This document shows positions 18,610 to 28,207 of a DNA stretch of 64,000 nucleotides, one piece after another. Where the stretch lies: assembly GCA_024743115.1 (NCBI GenBank), contig JANSXC010000001.1, positions 117,628-181,627 of the forward strand. Reading direction: 5' to 3'. Under the pieces are notes generated by a model. That model had not been told where the DNA came from, did no database searches, and was given only the letters and a program-made list of their open reading frames with translations. How positions within the stretch are numbered: the stretch's first letter is position 1; every line of letters starts with the position of its first letter. The stretch comes from a bacterium. GTDB taxonomy: Bacteria; Planctomycetota; UBA1135; UBA2386. Both the position numbers and the translations under genes were made by a program.

Positions 18610-20439
18610 CTACCGTTGCGATCGAGCGTGCCGGCCCGGCGCGCTGTGGGTCGTTGCCCGCACGATGGCCGCGGGGTCGAGCGCAGCCTCCGATGCGAGC
18701 GCGCTTACGGCGTGGGCAGCGGCGGCGGGGCTCTGGAGTGCGAGGTAGGCGGCACGGCGCGCGAGTGGGTCCTCACTCGACGTTTGTTGGGCGATTCTCC
18801 GGGCGATTTCGCGCGACCAGTGTGTCCGGCTTCCTGCCGTGTGCAGCCAGACCCGCAGTGCGGGGCCACCCAGTGCCGGGTTCCGTTGGGCTGGGCTTCG
18901 CTGGGACGGGGCCGCGCCGTGCGGAGGCGGCGCGATCGGCAGCTCGACCGCGTGTTCGCACGCGAGCTCTCGAACCCGGGCGCGGAGCCCGGGCTTGGGT
19001 TCGCGACCGGAAGTCCGGTCTGCGAGCCAGCGCGCCAGCGCCTTGCGCCCCTCGGCTCCTAGCCGGTTGGCGCGGTCGGCCGCCGCGACGGCCACGAGAT
19101 CACTCGGGTGTTCGAACAGCGCGGTCAGAACCGCGAGTTCTGCCCGACAACGATCGGGGGCCGTGGCGGCTGGCAGTGGCAACTCGAGCAGGATGGTCGA
19201 CAGGAAGTGAACGCGGAGCTTCTGGCCGAGGGCTTTGGAGATCGGGGCAATCGCCGTTGGCAGATCCCCGTCGTCGGGGTTCCCGAGGATCGCCCAGAGT
19301 TTGAGCAGGTCGATCGTGCGCAGCCGATCGAGAGGCAGTTGCGACGCCTCGAACCAGTTGTGGCCGCCGCGGGTTCGCAGTTGGCACAAGCGGCGATGCG
19401 CTGCGAATCGGGCTGCGCTTCCGACTACGCCGCTCGTGAGCTGGCTCTCGTACCAGGCGATCGTTTCCCGCGGCAGTTGCGGCAGCACGCCGACGAGAAT
19501 CGTGACGACACCGAGTTGCCAGGCGTTGAGATCCGTGGCGTCGGTCGACCACTTCGCGGGTTGGCCGCGATACCACTTGAACAGTTTGCCCGCCCATTCG
19601 GCGTCGACCCGCGGTGCGGCGAGCGCGTGGCACAGCAGCTCGAACCGTGGCTGGCACCGGCAATCGTGCAGGCGTTGCAGCAGTTCGGGGTCACCGAGCG
19701 TCGCTGCGAGCGCGACGGCCCGCGACACCGCGTCGCGCGGGCCGTGGAACGGCAGCACGGTTCGTGCCGACGGCTGGCGGCGCCGCGTCGGGTTCCATCG
19801 CTCGAGTGCGAGGGCCTCATTCGTGCCATCCCAGACCGTCCGCGCCCGCCGTTGTAGTTCGGTCACGACGTCGCCTGCCATGGGATCGCCGTCCAACAGC
19901 CAGGTGAGTTGTTCGAACGCCGCCATGGCGATGGCCTCCTGAGGATGATCGAGCAGCGTCAGCAACAGTCCGGCCGCGCGCTCGGCCGACCCCGTCGACC
20001 GGTAGGCACCGTGTGGCGCTCGCAGCGCGAGTTCGGCGATCGCAGGATCGTCCGCGGTCGCGGCGAGGGCGTAGAGCGCATCGTGCCCCGGTGGCTCGTG
20101 CCGCGCGGCGCGGGCGAAGTGCCGGGCCGCGTGATCCGCCCGCGACTTCGGCGGTGCGGTGCGGAGCGCGTCGAAGCCGGCGGCGATCGCGCGCATCGCC
20201 GCGCGCTCGCGTTCCCGACGCGACGATTGCAGCGCGGAACGCATCGGCGCCCGCAGTCCGGCAGCGGCTCGCACGCGGGTGAACGGTTGCCGGGCCGCGA
20301 ACTCGCCGAGGTCGGCATTGGCGCTCGTGCGCACGGTCGCCGGCGGGTTCTGCGGCGGCGATTCGGCGGCGGTACCGTTCGCGGTCAGGCTCAACAGGAT
20401 CAGCGCGAGGAGATGCGCCCGGGGAGTCGTTCGCAGCAT
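18610..20439 (-). CDS. Hypothetical secreted protein (Ala/Leu/Arg-rich, probably alpha-helical)
   Basis: Track ORF 18610-20469, started at the second ATG, 20439 (MLRTTPRAHLLALILLSLTANGTAAE signal peptide). No recognisable domain. It lies between the sigma C/kinase C and sigma B/kinase B modules on the same strand. Confidence 0.6.
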   Translation of the reverse strand: MLRTTPRAHLLALILLSLTANGTAAESPPQNPPATVRTSANADLGEFAARQPFTRVRAAAGLRAPMRSALQSSRRERERAAMRAIAAGFDALRTAPPKSRADHAARHFARAARHEPPGHDALYALAATADDPAIAELALRAPHGAYRSTGSAERAAGLLLTLLDHPQEAIAMAAFEQLTWLLDGDPMAGDVVTELQRRARTVWDGTNEALALERWNPTRRRQPSARTVLPFHGPRDAVSRAVALAATLGDPELLQRLHDCRCQPRFELLCHALAAPRVDAEWAGKLFKWYRGQPAKWSTDATDLNAWQLGVVTILVGVLPQLPRETIAWYESQLTSGVVGSAARFAAHRRLCQLRTRGGHNWFEASQLPLDRLRTIDLLKLWAILGNPDDGDLPTAIAPISKALGQKLRVHFLSTILLELPLPAATAPDRCRAELAVLTALFEHPSDLVAVAAADRANRLGAEGRKALARWLADRTSGREPKPGLRARVRELACEHAVELPIAPPPHGAAPSQRSPAQRNPALGGPALRVWLHTAGSRTHWSREIARRIAQQTSSEDPLARRAAYLALQSPAAAAHAVSALASEAALDPAAIVRATTHSAPGRHARSQR

Positions 20440-20531
20440 GCGGTCTCTGGGTTGGCGAGAACTTTCCAATGCAAAGTTCGAGGCATGCTAGCCCGCGGCG
20501 CAGGTCACGTAAAGAGCCGCCGGGCGATCGA

Positions 20532-21152
20532 TCAGTCGAGTGCGAGGTCGCCGCGCCGGAGTGCGAGAACCTGGTCGGCCAGGCGCTTCAGGGCGCGGTT
20601 GTGGCGCATGCGTGCCGCGTTCTCACCGATGCCGCGCTGCTCGGCCAGATCCTTGAACGAGCGCTTGTCCCAGAGTCGTTCGTGGATCAGTCGCTGATCG
20701 TCCTCGTCCAGCAGGTCGATCGCGAGGCGGATCCACTCGCGACGTTCGGCGCGGTCGAGCGCCTGACTCGGTCGCGTGACGTCGCGCGCGGGTGGGTCGA
20801 GGTGCAGCACGCTGTCCTGGCCGATCGGCCGTTCGCGCAGGTGGTCGCGGCGCTGACGGCGGAGCCACCGTTGGCCGTCGACGAGGTCACTGGTGACGAT
20901 GCGGGCGATGAGTGCGCGGAAGTGTTCACGATCGTTGACCTCGAACCGCGGGCCGAGCTCCATGACCTGCATCATCGCGTCCTGCACGACGTCGATCGAC
21001 TCGACCTTGTCACGGAGGCGGCCGGCGAGCTTCTTGCGCACGTAGCCGTGGATCCACGGCAGGTTGGCGCGAATCAACTCGTCGAGTGCTGCACGATCGC
21101 CTTCGTGCCAGCGCCTGAGCAGCGCGAGGGTATCGCCGGAGCCCGCGGTCAT
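20532..21152 (-). CDS. ECF sigma factor - sigma C
   Basis: Track ORF 20532-21368, started at the internal ATG at 21152 (MTAGSGDTLALLRRWHEGDRAALDELIRANLPWIHGYVRKKL...). Region 2: VVQDAMMQVM...HFRALIARIVTSDLVDGQRW. Region 4: DQRLIHERLWDKRSFKDLAEQRGIGENAARMRHNRALKRL. It lies 31 nt downstream of kinase C. Confidence 0.8.
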   Translation of the reverse strand: MTAGSGDTLALLRRWHEGDRAALDELIRANLPWIHGYVRKKLAGRLRDKVESIDVVQDAMMQVMELGPRFEVNDREHFRALIARIVTSDLVDGQRWLRRQRRDHLRERPIGQDSVLHLDPPARDVTRPSQALDRAERREWIRLAIDLLDEDDQRLIHERLWDKRSFKDLAEQRGIGENAARMRHNRALKRLADQVLALRRGDLALD

Positions 21153-21183
21153 GGCGGGATTGGACGGCACCGCTCCGGTGCGG

Positions 21184-24165
21184 TCAACGCAGCCGTTCTC
21201 GGAGTCGCGAGAAGTCGGGATGGTCCGCGAGCGGCGCGAAAACCTTCTGCCCGAGCAGTTGCTGCGCCTGGGCCGGATCCTCGGGCAGCGCGCGCGCCAG
21301 CCAGCCGCACGCGAGGGTCTGCAGTCGGCGGCGTTCGTTCGCGTCGGCAGCGAACCCGCACGCTTCACAAAGCAGACGAACCGCGGTGAGCTGCGTGCGC
21401 TGGTTGTCCGGCGCCAGCGCGACCTTGCCGTTCGCCGCCCGTTCGAGCAGGTTCGGATCGGCGGTCTTGCGACCCAGGATCGCGATCAGGTTCCAGTGGA
21501 CACCGAGGTGGCTGCGGGCGTCGCGGTAGGTGGGCGCGTCGTCGATCACCGTGCGCTGCAGCGAGATCGCTTCCTCGAGGAGCGGCAGGGCCGTGATCGG
21601 GTCCTCCTGGCTCTGATTCAACAACCAGTTGGAGCGATCGCTCAGGATTGCGCCCAGCTCCGTGCGGTAGCGCGCCGAGTCAGGCATCGCGGAGCACAGC
21701 TCGCGGGCGATCCCGAGCGCGGCCGTGAAGTGACCTTCGAGCTTCTCGACGTCGCGGTCGATCTTCATGTATTGGATCTGCGCGAGAATGCGGTGCGCCT
21801 TGGCGAGCTGGAGTCGATCGACGGGATCGGCGTCGGGGCGCGTGGCCAGGGCTTCGGCAGTGGCGAAGTGATCCACCATCGCAATGGCCGCGGTGCGGAC
21901 CGAGCGCTGTCGGATGGACTGAGCGTGGGCCGTTTGCAGCTGCCGGGCGAGCAGCTCGCGACGGAACAACGGATCGTTCGGGTGATCCTGGACGAGACTC
22001 TGCAGTTGCTCGAACGCTTGCTGTTGCGCGGCGCGGCCGTGCCCTTCGATGCCGAGCTGGCGGTAGACACCGCTCAGGCCGAGCAACGTACGGGCGTGCC
22101 AATAGCGGAAGGGGGCGACGCCGGGTTGGCGTTCGATGAGACCTTCGAACAGAGTCTTCGCGCGCTCGAAGTCCTCGCGAGCGGGGGTGAGGCGGCCGCG
22201 GGCGAGTTGCACCCAGGCGAGGTGATGGACGCCCTCGGCGTGAAGTCGGGCGACCAAGAGGTCGTCGCGATCGTCGTCGATGAGCTCTTCGAGTATGGCG
22301 ACGACCTCGGTGGCCAGGGCTTGTGCCTCGTCGCTCGGATGGCGGCGCAATGCATGGCGTCGGCGGCCGTCGAGGACGCTGGCGCGCAGTAGGCGCACCC
22401 GTCGTTGTTCTCCCGTATCGAGTTTTGCCAGCGGCACGGCGTCCAGCCATCTGGTGGCAGCTGTCAGGCTCTCCGTCGCGGCGTCGAAGTCGTTGAGGTC
22501 GAGCCGCACGTGCGCGCGCATCTGGTGCAGGGTGGCGAGTTCGAGCGGTGCGTGATTGTTGACCGGGCCGGACTGGAGCGCTGCTGTGAGCAGCGGCAAC
22601 GCGGCATCGAGTGACGCGAGTGCGGCCCGCGGCTGCGACAGCCGACGCTGCATTCTCGCGAGCTTGGTCCGGGCGCGCGCGGCCTGGAAACGCAGCACGG
22701 GGTCGTCGTTCGCGATCGCGAGGAAGTCGTCGCACAGTGCGCTCGCATCGCGGAGGAGCTGCAGGCGCAGGCCTTCGGTGTGCGGGATTGCTTCCAGTTC
22801 GAACTCGGTGATTCGCGCATAGAGGGTCGCGACGCTGGCGCGCGCCTGGTCGAGCAGGCTGCGCGCCAGATCGCGTTGCTCGAGCGTGCGCTGCTGTTCG
22901 ATGGCGAGCGCGTCGCGCGCGGCCTTGAAGTGGATGGTGGCGACGATCGGGGCAATCACGACGAGCACGAACGCGAGCAGGGCGGCGACCGTCGTCGCGG
23001 GCTTACGCCGTGCGAACCGCACGAGCTTGTGCGGCGTGGAAATCGGGCGGGCCGCGATCGGTTCGCGCGCCAGGAAGCGGCGCAGGTCGATGGCCAGTTC
23101 GGCGGCGGTGTAGCGGCGCCGCGGATCCTTCTCGAGCGCTTTGAGTGCGATGGTCTCGAGGTCGCGCGGTGCCTGCGGGCTGCGGGCCCGCACGCTCGGC
23201 GGTTCGTGACTCGCGATCGCCGTCATGAGCTGGCGGGTGCCGTTGCCCGCGAACGGCGGTGTCAGCGTCAGCAGTTCGTAGAGCACGACGCCGAGAGAGA
23301 ACACGTCCGAGCGGCCGTCGATCGGTGCCCGGCCGGCTTCGATCTGTTCCGGGCTCACGTACTGTGGCGTTCCCGCGAAGTCGCCCGTGAGGGACAGGCT
23401 CTCGGCCTCGAGGTCCTTCGCGAGGCCGAAGTCCACGAGGCTGAGTCTGCCATTGTCGCCGATGATCACGTTCTGTGGCTTCACGTCGCGATGGACGACC
23501 CCGCGTTCGTGCGAGTAGGTCAGGGCCTCGGCAAGGCGGGCCGTGAGCTCGGCGATCTCGTCGAAGTAGCGGCCGGTCGCGGTCTCGCTGCCCGTGATCG
23601 TGGTCACGCCCATGTCGCGACTGCCCAGGCGCGACGCGTTGCCGCGGACCTTGGCTTTGACCGCGTCCATGACTGCGCGCAGGCTGCGGCCCTCGATGAG
23701 CTCCATCGCGATGAAGTGCGTGCCGTCGTGCTCGCCGATCGCGTGGATACGGACGATGTCGGGGTGCACGAGTTTGGCCGCGGCTGCGGCTTCGCGGCGG
23801 AACCGTTCGAGCTGCCGGCGCGACAGCGTCAGTGCGGGCGCCAGCACTTTGAGGGCGACGCGTCGTCCGAGCGACTCCTCCGTCGCCTCGTAGACGACGC
23901 CCATGCCGCCGCGCCCGAGTTCGCGACCGAGGCGGTAGTCGCCCAGTCGGCGGCAGCCATCGCCGCCCACTGGCTCTCCGGGGCGATCGTCGAGCATCGG
24001 CTCGAGCAAGTCGCGCAACCCGGCGTGGCGATCGAGGTAGTCGTCGACCGACTCGCTCGCTGCGCTGTCATCCGCGCGCCGATCGATGTAGGCCTCGACC
24101 GCATCCGCGAGGCGATCGAGGTCATCACCCTCGGGTGTGTTCGATGATACGTTCGAGTCGGTCAC
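21184..24165 (-). CDS. Ser/Thr protein kinase with TM helix and ~560-aa TPR/helical-repeat region - kinase C
   Basis: 993-aa ORF with a GTG start at 24165. Kinase motifs: GRGGMGVVYEATE, VALKVL, HRDVKPQNVII, DFGLAKD, GTPQYVSPEQ. TM helix: TTVAALLAFVLVVIAPIVATI. A long helical repeat region follows. Confidence 0.85.
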   Translation of the reverse strand: MTDSNVSSNTPEGDDLDRLADAVEAYIDRRADDSAASESVDDYLDRHAGLRDLLEPMLDDRPGEPVGGDGCRRLGDYRLGRELGRGGMGVVYEATEESLGRRVALKVLAPALTLSRRQLERFRREAAAAAKLVHPDIVRIHAIGEHDGTHFIAMELIEGRSLRAVMDAVKAKVRGNASRLGSRDMGVTTITGSETATGRYFDEIAELTARLAEALTYSHERGVVHRDVKPQNVIIGDNGRLSLVDFGLAKDLEAESLSLTGDFAGTPQYVSPEQIEAGRAPIDGRSDVFSLGVVLYELLTLTPPFAGNGTRQLMTAIASHEPPSVRARSPQAPRDLETIALKALEKDPRRRYTAAELAIDLRRFLAREPIAARPISTPHKLVRFARRKPATTVAALLAFVLVVIAPIVATIHFKAARDALAIEQQRTLEQRDLARSLLDQARASVATLYARITEFELEAIPHTEGLRLQLLRDASALCDDFLAIANDDPVLRFQAARARTKLARMQRRLSQPRAALASLDAALPLLTAALQSGPVNNHAPLELATLHQMRAHVRLDLNDFDAATESLTAATRWLDAVPLAKLDTGEQRRVRLLRASVLDGRRRHALRRHPSDEAQALATEVVAILEELIDDDRDDLLVARLHAEGVHHLAWVQLARGRLTPAREDFERAKTLFEGLIERQPGVAPFRYWHARTLLGLSGVYRQLGIEGHGRAAQQQAFEQLQSLVQDHPNDPLFRRELLARQLQTAHAQSIRQRSVRTAAIAMVDHFATAEALATRPDADPVDRLQLAKAHRILAQIQYMKIDRDVEKLEGHFTAALGIARELCSAMPDSARYRTELGAILSDRSNWLLNQSQEDPITALPLLEEAISLQRTVIDDAPTYRDARSHLGVHWNLIAILGRKTADPNLLERAANGKVALAPDNQRTQLTAVRLLCEACGFAADANERRRLQTLACGWLARALPEDPAQAQQLLGQKVFAPLADHPDFSRLRERLR

Positions 24166-24216
24166 GGCTTGACGGCGGCAGCTCGGCGGCGGTCGCCCGG
24201 CGTCACTTGACGACGG

Positions 24217-26613
24217 TCACTTTACCACTGGGACGGACAGCCGCTTCGAACCGTAGAACAGGGTGCCGTCGAACATCCAGTCCTGGAAGTAGAACGTCAT
24301 CGGGTCGAGCCATTCGGGCAGCGCGATCGTGTAGGTCGCGGTCGGGCCGTACTGGAAGGGCAGCGTCGTGAGGTAGCCAGGGCCGGACGCCTGGACGAGG
24401 AGGCGGCAGCCAGGGAACACGCTCGGGTGCACGATCGGCAGGTTCGTCGTGCCGACCGCAACGATCACGAAGTGGCCGACCGGCGTGCCGTTGTTGTCGA
24501 TCCGTAGGCGGTTGAACTCCGAGCCGATTTGCTGGTTGCCGAGCCACTCGATGGTCGCGAGGCTGCAGGCCTGACCGTTCGCCGTGTTCACGGTCGTGAC
24601 GTATTCGAGCGTGTGGCCGTAGATCGGGTGCGACGGCGACGCGGCGCCGTAGGCGAGCAGGAAGTCGTCGTGGTCGTTGTCGAACACGCACGCCACTGGG
24701 GTGACCGGTTCACCGGCCTGGTAGAACAGCTGCACATCAGCCTCGGTCGGGGCGCCGTTGTAGCCGACACGCGCGCAGTAGGCCGCGCCCGCGCCCGCCG
24801 GTACGATCGAGCGGTAGGAGGCTACCCAGTGCGATTCGTCCCGGGTGTCGTAGGCGAGCCCGGTGGCCTCGAGGCGGCGGTTGTTCGAGGCGTAGAGCGT
24901 CTTGGGCTGGTGCACGTTGATCAGCGGACCGTTGGCGCCGTGCAGCCAGTTGAAGCGTTCGATACGGATCTCCTTGCCGGCGATGGTCGTGGTCTTCTGC
25001 GGCGTCGACGCGACGTCGACGGTCGCGAAGGTGACGGCGTAACGGCCGTCGGACCCCTCGACGACCGGGCCGAGCTGGTGGTGCGTCCCTTGGGCGTTGA
25101 GGTCGGAGAACCAGCTGCCCGATCCGACGTTGCCGTCGTTGTCGATGCGGCGTGCCAGCACGTCCCAGTCGTCGGTCGCGATCGGGTTGTTGTACACCTG
25201 CATCGCACAGACCCAGGAGTAGCTGGCGCCACCTTCGGCGACCTTGTTCACCGACGGGCGTTCGCAGTCGAGGATCGCGCTGTCGCGGATCACGAACGTC
25301 TGTCCGAACGAGCCGTTGTTGCCGTTCGCCGGTTCGAAGATCACGCCGTTGACGGCGGATGTGCTCGTGTTGGACATGGCGCCGACGCCGTTGTTCTCGC
25401 TCTGGAAGACCACGATGGCCTCGTCGCCGCTCCGATACGATTCGACGCCGCCAACGTCTGGGCGCCAGTCGTTGCGGCCCGGGTTGTTCAGCGCGGCGTA
25501 GCCGGTCTCGAGCGTGTTGTTGCCTTTGGCGTGCGCGTGGCAACGAACGCGGCTGAAGGTCGGATTGGCGTTGAAGAAGTAGCGCCGCATGGCGATGACC
25601 CAGCGATCCGCGCCGCCAACGAATGCGCAGGACGCGGCGTCCGTGCTCCAGTTCGTCGTGAGGTCGGTATAGACCTGTGACGAGCCGCTGTAGTCGTCGT
25701 CCATCAGGCGCGCGATGAGGTCACCATCCGTGGCCGAGGCGTAGCGGATGTAGGCCATCATGACGTTGTCGTTGTTCGACTCGTCGTCCCGTCCGATGTC
25801 GATCGCGCCGACTTCGGTGCCGGTGATGACCTGCACGCGCGTCAGCAGTGGATCGACCACGACTGGCAGCGCCGCGTTGGCGAGCCAGGCGCCGGGCACC
25901 GTCAGCGTGATACGCCCTTCGGTGTAGCCCGTCGTGAGGGGGATGCTGCGACCGCCGGCGTCGAAAGCGATCGCGGCGCCGTAACGCGTGATCGGGTTGC
26001 CGTTGGCGTCGGTGAACGTCAGCGCCTGGTGGGCGGCGGGAAGTTCCGGGGCGCGGAGCCCGGTCGTGACCGCGCCCGTGATCACGAGGTCGCCGTCACC
26101 GGGCAATGCATCGACGACGAACGTCTGTTCGAGGCCATCGGTGCGCACGTCGTAGGCCTCGATGATGCCACCCAGTCGGTATTCGAAGCGATACTCGGAG
26201 TGCACGGCCGTCGGCTGCTCGGTCGCGAGTTCGAACGCGCCGACCGTCGCGGAGACCGTGCGCCACGCGAGCGGTTGGTTCTGCGGGTAGTCGCGGCCGA
26301 GGTAGGGCACGAACGTCATGCCGTTGTGAAACGACGCCTTGTAGCCGGGACCCGCGGCCCAGATGCCGTAGGCCTGGTCGCCGTCGGTTGCGGCGGTGTG
26401 GATCGGAGTCAGGTCGCCCGGGAGTGCAACGGCCTCCGCGGGCCGGTTCGGGATCATCCACTCGTCGGCCGTGGTCGCCGGGCTGTGGATCTGGCCGCCT
26501 TGGGTTTGAGGCGCCGGTTGCGGCAGGAAATCCGGATCCTGGGCGGGAAGGACTGGCAGAGCGACGCTCGCAAGCAGCGCGAGATCGAGAACGCGAATAC
26601 TGAAGGTGTTCAT
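24217..26613 (-). CDS. Large secreted protein of unrecognised fold carrying the shared C-terminal module
   Basis: Track ORF 24217-26697, started at the ATG at 26613 (MNTFSIRVLDLALLASVALPVLPAQ signal peptide). 798 aa with a beta-rich composition and no repeat family I recognise. The last ~121 aa (nt ~24217-24582) are the shared module. It ends 52 nt upstream of kinase C on the same strand. Confidence 0.75.
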   Translation of the reverse strand: MNTFSIRVLDLALLASVALPVLPAQDPDFLPQPAPQTQGGQIHSPATTADEWMIPNRPAEAVALPGDLTPIHTAATDGDQAYGIWAAGPGYKASFHNGMTFVPYLGRDYPQNQPLAWRTVSATVGAFELATEQPTAVHSEYRFEYRLGGIIEAYDVRTDGLEQTFVVDALPGDGDLVITGAVTTGLRAPELPAAHQALTFTDANGNPITRYGAAIAFDAGGRSIPLTTGYTEGRITLTVPGAWLANAALPVVVDPLLTRVQVITGTEVGAIDIGRDDESNNDNVMMAYIRYASATDGDLIARLMDDDYSGSSQVYTDLTTNWSTDAASCAFVGGADRWVIAMRRYFFNANPTFSRVRCHAHAKGNNTLETGYAALNNPGRNDWRPDVGGVESYRSGDEAIVVFQSENNGVGAMSNTSTSAVNGVIFEPANGNNGSFGQTFVIRDSAILDCERPSVNKVAEGGASYSWVCAMQVYNNPIATDDWDVLARRIDNDGNVGSGSWFSDLNAQGTHHQLGPVVEGSDGRYAVTFATVDVASTPQKTTTIAGKEIRIERFNWLHGANGPLINVHQPKTLYASNNRRLEATGLAYDTRDESHWVASYRSIVPAGAGAAYCARVGYNGAPTEADVQLFYQAGEPVTPVACVFDNDHDDFLLAYGAASPSHPIYGHTLEYVTTVNTANGQACSLATIEWLGNQQIGSEFNRLRIDNNGTPVGHFVIVAVGTTNLPIVHPSVFPGCRLLVQASGPGYLTTLPFQYGPTATYTIALPEWLDPMTFYFQDWMFDGTLFYGSKRLSVPVVK

Positions 26614-26879
26614 GTCTGGTCCTCGCCAGCGCTCTCGAGACCGCACACGGATTCGCCGAGAAATCGCCGGGGTCGGCGCGAGCCCCCGGCCGGCCACACG
26701 GTCGCGGAAACCCCGCTACCATCGCGGTCATGGAACTCCCCAGCTCGATCGGCGCCTGTGGTTTCCTCGGAGGTGTTCCTGGTCGCTCAGGACACGTGGG
26801 GCTTCGATCCGGATCACGCCCTCGGACGTCGAGACCGGGGCCAACTGGCCGTTCGTCGTCCACGGACCCGAGTGACCGG

Positions 26880-28145
26880 ATGAACCGTCTCCGTTGCTGG
26901 CTCGCGGGTTGTCTGGCGGTCGGCTTCTTCGCCGGTCTGGTTGCGGGTCAGACGTCGCCGGCCCCGCTACCCAAGGCGGTGTACGGCAAGGTCGCGGGCG
27001 TCCTCGTGGGGGCCGATGGTACGCCGGTCCCGGCTGGCGAGGAGCTGCAGGTTCGCGTCGAGATCCATGCCCCGGGATTCAACCTCGGGGCGTTCGACCT
27101 GATCGAGATCGGCAAGGGTGGAGTGCTCCGGTACGAGAACTGGGCGCTCGCCGGCATGGGCTTTCCGCTGGGGCCAGGAAACCGGCGCTGGTTGCACTTT
27201 CGGCGCATGCGGGACGGGGTTCTGGAGCGCGCCTACGTCGCGGTGCGCCAGGACCTCGGCACCGTGCGACTGCGGAACGAAGAGCGCCTCGTCGCCGGGC
27301 GGGTCGTCGACGAGCTCGGGGCAGCCGTCCTGCGGCAAAGCGTTCGGGTCAACCTGGCTCCGGTGGCGGCTCACGATCCGGGGATCCTTAGCCGGTTGCA
27401 GCCGCGGGTCGTGCTGGCTGCGGACGGGTTCGAGATCTGGGGTTTTCGCGCGCCGGGCGAGTTCGTGCTCTCCGCCGGCTACGTCTACCATGGCCCGTCG
27501 GGCACGCCGGTGCCGCTGCCGGTCGGCGCGACCGACGTCGAATTGGTGGTGCCGGCGACCGGGCACCTGCAGGTCAAGCTGGAGAACCCGCCGGGCTTCC
27601 CCGAGACGCGTGCGGTGTGGGCCGTGCTGCGCGATCTCGAACGCGACGAGGTAACGCGCCGTTGGCTCATTTCCGGTGGCGCGACGAACCTGCGCTTGCG
27701 ACTCGGGCGCTACGCCGTCACGTGTGAGCTCAACGGTCGCGAAGTCGCGAAGCTCGGCGAGCAGCTCATCCAGCACAACGCGACCACCGAGGTTGCGGTC
27801 GATCTTCGGGACACGACGCGAGTCGTGCGAATCGAGGTCCTCGGCCCGGATCGCGCTCCCATCCTGCCCGCTCGGGTCAGGGTCGCCGGTTCGCCGGACC
27901 AGCCGTTCTCGCGGCGGCGTCAACGCGTCGACGGTCGCTGGCGTCACGTGATCGCCCTGCCCGTCCAACGCGATGTGGTCGACATCGAATTGCCGTACTA
28001 CGTGGACCCCGCCGGCAAACCGCAACTCGGCGTCGGCCCCATGAAGTTCGTGGTCCGTGGCGTCGCGGGTGACTGCACGCTCGTGTTGCAGCGCTCGGCA
28101 GCCGCGGGCGAGCCGTGGACCCTCGCCGAGGAGCGGCCGAAGTAG
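26880..28145 (+). CDS. Hypothetical secreted protein (beta-sandwich-like composition)
   Basis: Track ORF 26730-28145, started at the ATG at 26880 (MNRLRCWLAGCLAVGFFAGLVAGQ signal peptide). The segment VYGKVAGVLVGADGTPVPAGEELQV resembles the start of a carboxypeptidase-regulatory-like domain. It lies directly upstream of the membrane-tethered sigma gene. Confidence 0.6.
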   Translation: MNRLRCWLAGCLAVGFFAGLVAGQTSPAPLPKAVYGKVAGVLVGADGTPVPAGEELQVRVEIHAPGFNLGAFDLIEIGKGGVLRYENWALAGMGFPLGPGNRRWLHFRRMRDGVLERAYVAVRQDLGTVRLRNEERLVAGRVVDELGAAVLRQSVRVNLAPVAAHDPGILSRLQPRVVLAADGFEIWGFRAPGEFVLSAGYVYHGPSGTPVPLPVGATDVELVVPATGHLQVKLENPPGFPETRAVWAVLRDLERDEVTRRWLISGGATNLRLRLGRYAVTCELNGREVAKLGEQLIQHNATTEVAVDLRDTTRVVRIEVLGPDRAPILPARVRVAGSPDQPFSRRRQRVDGRWRHVIALPVQRDVVDIELPYYVDPAGKPQLGVGPMKFVVRGVAGDCTLVLQRSAAAGEPWTLAEERPK

Positions 28146-28207
28146 CACGATCGGTCGCGCCGCGAAAATCCGCGAAGGAAACGGGTCGGCGGAGGTCTGG
28201 TTCTTCG

